Part shown: in pieces, positions 52,601-64,000 of the stretch
Layout: every line of letters begins with the position of its first letter
How positions within the stretch are numbered: the stretch's first letter is position 1
NCBI GenBank assembly: GCA_051362555.1
Contig: CM120643.1
Location: 25,486,848-25,550,847, forward strand
Reading direction: 5' to 3'
DNA from: Lingula anatina
Lineage: Eukaryota > Animalia > Brachiopoda
Length of the DNA: 64,000 nt
Notes under the pieces: generated by a model
Seen by the model: the letters and a program-made list of their open reading frames with translations, nothing else
Told to the model about the DNA's origin: nothing
Databases searched by the model: none
Translations under genes and position numbers: made by a program

Positions 52601-53499
52601 TTTTTATCTATTAAATTAAACAACTATTCGCTTATTGTAAGCAGAAAAGCATTACTATTTTCAACTATTTTCTGACATGATTTTCCTAGGCACTATTTTC
52701 TTCGTTCCTTGGGTCCATCTCTTACTTAGTTCACGAAACCTTCTGTGAGATTAAGACTTTTTACTTATTCCCCCGAGTTACTGTCCACGTGAATTAGCCT
52801 TTAAACTAAATTTGAAAGAAACCTCGCCAGAGTCCGATTTTTCCTGTTGGGATCTTCGTCCCAGCAAACCATGCAGCGCTGTTCGTTGTGGTAGTTGGGA
52901 TAAAAAAAATTCACCTTCATCCGCTATGCAGATTCTTAAGAATGGCACAAAATAATTACCAAAAACAAATATATTTTGTACTTTTGTTCAGCGACTGTGA
53001 TTACATAATAACATTCCTATTTTCATAAATTTATACATGCAATTTTTGTAAAATGAGGCAAGAATCGCTTTTACTGTCGACATACCTGTACAAATGAATA
53101 ATTAACACCACGAATTAATCTTCTATCCTGCTTTAGGGTGATTTGTCATTTTTTTTTTCACTTTCGATTCTAAACTATTGACCTATAAGAGGTGTAATAT
53201 ATAAAAAGCAAAGCAGTTTTCCTTAATAATAGGCGGGCCATTTTTTTTAGAAATTTAAATGCAAATTTACTCATTTGTGAAACGACCAATGTTTTGAAAA
53301 TTACATTAATTCTACAATATAGTCTCCGTTTCGATAAATAATCTACAAGTCGCACTGGCTGCAGACCTTCCGCTGTCGTGTCCTCTAAGATGATAAACTC
53401 CTCCATTGATTGAATATATCACTGTGATGTCATACGAAACACGTCAGCTTTACACACTGACGCCACTGGGTGTATCACGTGTTTATCACGTCCTCCAGT

Positions 53500-58954
<5,455 letters not shown>

Positions 58955-59200
58955 ATTTACTTCCGCTCTCGTGATATCTCGTTTGTAGAAGTATCTTATT
59001 GAATTTTCTTAATACATTTCATTCTCGTGATGACCCAAAGAGTGTAAATACATATACTTTGAAATGAACTGGTTGACTTTTCTGATTATCAGACATATAT
59101 GATACTATATGTCAATAATTTTAGGACGTGGATACAGGTACCCATCATTCCTTGTTCAACATAAACAATATGGTGGAAGTGAAGGAAATTTGAAATGTGA
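58955..59200. promoter_or_regulatory. Putative bidirectional promoter between PDCD6 and the uncharacterised gene
   Basis: Divergent start codons about 590 bp apart (58954 and 59543). ETS-type ACTTCCG near 58959, two TCTCGTGA motifs, forkhead-like ATAAACA near 59161, probable 5'UTR donor aat|gtgagt near 59197. CpG is locally retained. Confidence 0.6.
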
Positions 59201-59542
59201 GTTGATTCATTTTGCTTTGTTGTGCGATTGAGACAAATGCCATGCATTGTGCCTACACAAAAATAGTAAAATTATCATTTTATCTGTTAAAATTTCCCAT
59301 GTTCTTTTTGTTGAAATATTCTAAATATTGACATTCTTCATAGCTGTCTTGGAATTGACATTCAGTTTGACATGCAATTTTAGATTAGCATATATGACAT
59401 GTAACTGTTTGAATTTAAATCAAAATAATGATAGTAAGCTAACATTGAGATAATTTAATAGTCATTGTCAGTGAAATACTTGAAATTAGTAGTCTACATA
59501 ACACTTTATGTCCTTTCAGTGGCTATAAACACAAAGATAAAA

Positions 59543-62500
59543 ATGAGTCGTCAGCTTGGGAAGCAGCGTGCCATGAGTGCCGGACCTGATGCCAAGGTTG
59601 CCAGACAGATGATGGCACAGTTGAGGCAGGAGCTACTGGAGTGCAAATCAGAATTACAGAAGACCACCGACCAGCTGAACTGTTTAGTTATGCTGGTAAA
59701 GAGGTATACTGTGACTCTTTAATCTGAATCTTTGGTCATCTTTCATCCATTTATCTGTTTAAATTATTGATTTGAAATATTTTTAGTTGGTAAATCTTTC
59801 TCACATTTGCTTGGATATATACTGAACAAAAATATAAATGCCCTATGTGAATTATTTATGTAAAACATAATGGGCTACGGGCAGAACACACAGTAATCTG
59901 CAGCATATTGAACAAAATTAACTTTGTATGATATAATACATATATCCCATAATATTGATAAAAATTTTTAAACTATTGGGTAGAGCGTTTGTATTTTTGA
60001 TCAGTATACATTATTCATTCATCATCATCATCATATCTTTGCACCTTGTGGAACATGAGGCAGGGCACACATCTCTTGCTGGTCCTTTAATCATTTGCTC
60101 CTCAATTAAATCTGTCATTCATGTTTGTATGGCTTGTTTCAACAGAAGGAGATGAGTTATTCTCTGTGTGTAAAATATGGAATATTTACAGGGCATGGAC
60201 AGGGGACAAAGCTGCAGCAATACATGTAGCTAATGTGGTTGGTAAGTATTCACATTGAACACATGTTGAAAACATCATATGCAAGGAACATCCCCTTATT
60301 ATTTCTTCAACCATAAAAAAAAGAATAAATAATTTACAAGAAAGTAAATCATGATAATTATAATCTTTGTGGCATTAAAATAGATTACAACAGTTTGTGT
60401 ATTTATAAATTACTAAATTAAAAGTGAACAAATAAATGAAGTAATTGTTAATTAAATCTATTGTTGCTGATACGTGTGTAAGATGATCTTAACCTGCAAT
60501 TATTAGAATAGAAATTTCAAGTCTTCTTATCTTCTTTTTTCTGCACTTGGTTTATTACTACATGTAAAATTTCAGGTGTGGCACCCCCTGACTTTGAAGG
60601 AAAGGAAAATAACACAATAACACCAAAACCCAAGGTAATTGTTTGGCCTTTGGTATATGATTTATCAAATGTAGCAGCAGTAAAAAATTCAGGGTTTGAG
60701 ATTAGAGAAGAAGTGTTTTGTGTTATGAGATATGAATCAAAAATCAGTATCATTACTTTTATGAAATAGAAATTACATTTATGATACTGGGTACTTTAGA
60801 ATATTTTTACTCTATTTTTATGATCTGAATCATCCACAACTGTCAATTAGATTGTTCTAGCAAAGCTTTTGTTTGAAACAAATAACCACGACCTTTTCAC
60901 CCATTCACAAAAGAAGTTACCAATTATATTTTACCATTTCTGTTAGTTAGTAGCTAGCTATAGTAAGAGTGAAATATATGAAACATTTTATGTGTTTTAT
61001 ATATGTCATTACATGAATGATCAGTTAATCTGTGCTATAATATTGTTCATCAGACCAGGTCCCTCCAGAACTGGGCCTTGCTGACCATAGGGCTGCTGCA
61101 GAGGGAATACAAGGCTCTGGAGAGAGAGGTCCAAGACAGGCAGAAGATCTTCTTTCAGAGTCGACAGGGTTTTCTGGAGGAGCAGCTCATACAGCACCGT
61201 GACATGCTGGCTGTTGATAGGGGACGGGATGGGGGCCACAAACGGACGTCCACCGTGGAGGAAGTGGACAGGTTGTTTTTGAAGAATCAAAAGGTACTGC
61301 ACCACAGGGAATTGGAATATTAGCATGTTAATTTGATCATTCTAGCATGGTTAATTTAAACCAAATGCTGAAGCATGTTCTAATTTTGATTTGGCAGAAA
61401 TTCTCAAGCTTTTTGGCTTTAACAAATTTTTTCTACTATAACTACCCTGTTCTCAGGATCACTTCATTTTTCAGAGGTGGAGAGAATGATAACTGATAAC
61501 ATATTTATATTATTTTGATTGTTTTCAAATTTATATGTGACATATCAAAGACAAATTAGTATATAGATCAAATGAATATTAAAATACTTTGATTGTGAAT
61601 AGGTCATGTTTTTGCATATTTGTTTAAAATTCTAATGGTAAAACTAAGACAAAATATTATGTTGAATTCTAGCCTAGGTTTACTAAATGCGTTATGCTTT
61701 TAAAAGGTATTTAAGCCTATTTTATTTACACCTATTCTTCTACTTTCACAATTATCTTAGAAACCAGACAGAGTGCAGAGTGCCAAGAAGACCAGCAAGC
61801 ACCTGTACAGGTCACCTCAGAGGGAGGCCGCCTCGGAGGCCGAGCTGACCTGGGCAGACTTGTTCATTGAACCTGTACATAACAAAGACACAACTGGGAC
61901 TGAGGTAGATGCCAACAAGGTGAGATAGGTGTAAGAGCACTAGCTGTAAGGTTTTCAATTGATAATACTACAGTCTGCTGTCTGGGTACTGAAGACTTTG
62001 TACTTTGTGAATTCTGGTGATTATTCTATTTCTATGTGGCATCTATCTGTTGTAAAAAAAAAAACTTTTTGAAATAATTATGGTACTTACTATTTGATTT
62101 TGTAAAATTTCTATAGGCCCTACAACCAAACTTCAGGTATTAAAAACATTGAATTTTCTTATTTGATATTAACTGTCACTCATTTTGTTTAAAAGGAAAA
62201 AATAATAGTCTAATAAGTTGATTATTTCTTTGGTGTCATCTAAGAAACCATTGTTAATGTTGCTATCAAATTCTGCTTAATCACTGATCTTTAACACCAT
62301 ATTGTGCTCAGGACATGAGTGAGATCTTCCAACTGACTGGAGATGGTCAAGAAACTGGCCGCGACGGACCCCTGGACGGCCACCTGCTGAGAGAGGAGGA
62401 CAGCTGTAGTAGTGTGGACAATGACCCAGACAGAGTCCACCTGGATTTAGATTATGATGACCCCCACAGGTATACACAGGTAAGATTATATGTGGACAGG

Positions 62501-63571
62501 CGTCAGTGAAGTTGAAGCAAGGCCAGTACATTTTTTAAAAGTTAAAAGTGTATTTAATTACTGTTTACTGTTTCTGCTTTGACTAGAACTATTTTACATG
62601 GTTTTAGACAAGATCTGTGATATATGACTATATTCATACTTACACATCTGTTTTTTATACTGCTTTGAAAAAAATATGTATTTTGAAAATGCTCTTGTAA
62701 TCTAATTATATTTCCTCATTTAAGTGTATGAAATGAGTAAATGTTTTAATTATTATTATTTCTTTTTTTCAGTCTGATTTTTTTGATAAGAATGTATTAG
62801 GAGTGAAAAAGAACCGCCCAGTCAGTGCCGTACAGCAAAGGTCAGGGGACGCAAAGAGGGCACGACCCAAAAGTGCAGGTAAGTCAGCAACGCTGGTCAA
62901 CACTGACTCTAAGGTGGATTCAGATGCTGTAGCTGGAGCTTGATTCAGTACAATCACCGGGATTTTATTTTTTAATGATGGTTCATGATTTTTGGAGTAA
63001 TAAAGGAGAACGGTTGTTGTCAGGGGTAAGGGAAATTCTTTTTTAATATGTCCTTCCTGGAGATTGTAGTATTTTTTTTTTTTTTTCAAATAAAATATTT
63101 TCAGTCACTGATATGGAAAGTAAACTGTTTTCCCTTTTGTTTATATTATGAAATTTAAAAAATTAACATGATGATAAATTTTTTTAGCATTATAAAAACT
63201 TTAAAGTTTATGCCAGTATTTCTCATGCACTTTTAGTGATAGCCAGAGGAGAACGACCTCTCAAATATGTAACCACACGTCCAGTCTCCGCCCAAGTTAC
63301 AAATAAACTGAAAAAGGACAAAATCTCAAACGAGAAACAACAAGACAGCAAAAACAGAAATGAAAACAAGCCTAGTCCAGGATCAAAAGACGTTAAAAAA
63401 AGGCGCCCGCCTAGTTTAACGGCCGAACAGCTGGCCATCATACGAAGGCCCGAGTGCGTGGATCAGTTCGAAGAGGACGTGAAACGCATGCACCAGATGG
63501 AGGAGGAAATAAAGAGAGCCACAAAAACCTTGCAGAAGAAACTGGGGATAAGTGGGGATGGAGCCATATAA
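59543..63571 (+). CDS. Uncharacterised ~425-aa protein with N- and C-terminal coiled coils and repeated RPxSA-type motifs
   Basis: Eight GT-AG exons joining in frame: 59543-59703, 60192-60241, 60576-60634, 61054-61293, 61761-61919, 62312-62479, 62773-62878, 63237-63571. Total 1278 nt, ending LQKKLGISGDGAI*. No family recognised. Confidence 0.85.
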
Positions 63572-64000
63572 TGGATGTTACATGATGTCCAGTTATAATG
63601 CATATAGAGAACATGCTAATTATAGGCAACTTGAAGTCTATGTTGTGAGGAACATTCACAGGGTTATAGTGATGTGCATGATGACATTGATGTGTTCAGT
63701 CTAATGTTAAGAAGAAATTATTTACTTTTTATTTCCTGCAAAACCAAAAAAAAATGTTTATTTTATGGATTTTATGAGTTTTATCATCCTGGTGCACTTG
63801 CACTCAAGTTCTTAGTTGAAGTCAGTCTTCTCCTTTATTGTCTACGACTTTTAAAACTTTGATCCGTCCTCATGTAGAATAAACAGCTTCTTCAAGTGAA
63901 AACTCAGAGACAACCTAGTTAAATCCTCACAGATATTGCCAATATGTCATTTTTTTCAAGTGTTGGCCATTAATTAAGATGTTCTAAGTTGTAAAATTGC

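Noticed and set aside
37600-53400. About 16 kb containing many short ORFs
   Set aside because: No chain of in-phase exons or protein motifs found. Treated as intergenic or regulatory DNA, though non-coding exons cannot be excluded.

Overview
Eukaryotic, AT-rich, intron-rich animal DNA. The gene set and repeat landscape suggest a marine invertebrate, probably a lophotrochozoan (inference). Five protein-coding loci can be read: (1) the 3' part of a plasma-membrane-type Na+/H+ exchanger (SLC9A/NHE; + strand, 1017-15316), ending in the PDZ ligand DTRL; (2) a small type-I membrane LRR protein (- strand, 21894-22679); (3) an intronless class A peptide-type GPCR with non-canonical motifs (+ strand, 36281-37372); (4) PDCD6/ALG-2 (- strand, 53500-58954); (5) an uncharacterised ~425-aa coiled-coil/RPxSA-motif gene head-to-head with PDCD6 (+ strand, 59543-63571). 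The most striking observation is in PDCD6, which carries two pairs of duplicated exons: two 62-nt mutually exclusive exons for the EF1 Ca2+ loop and two 102-nt alternative last exons for the EF5 dimerisation hand, one of which has lost Ca2+ ligands. This allows up to four isoforms. The NHE tail contains a run of frame-symmetric cassette exons, entered through a GC-AG intron, that build PKA sites across their junctions. Introns and intergenic DNA hold many non-autonomous DNA transposons, including a CAG-ended family with 5-bp TSDs. All coordinates were read by eye; no database searches were run.
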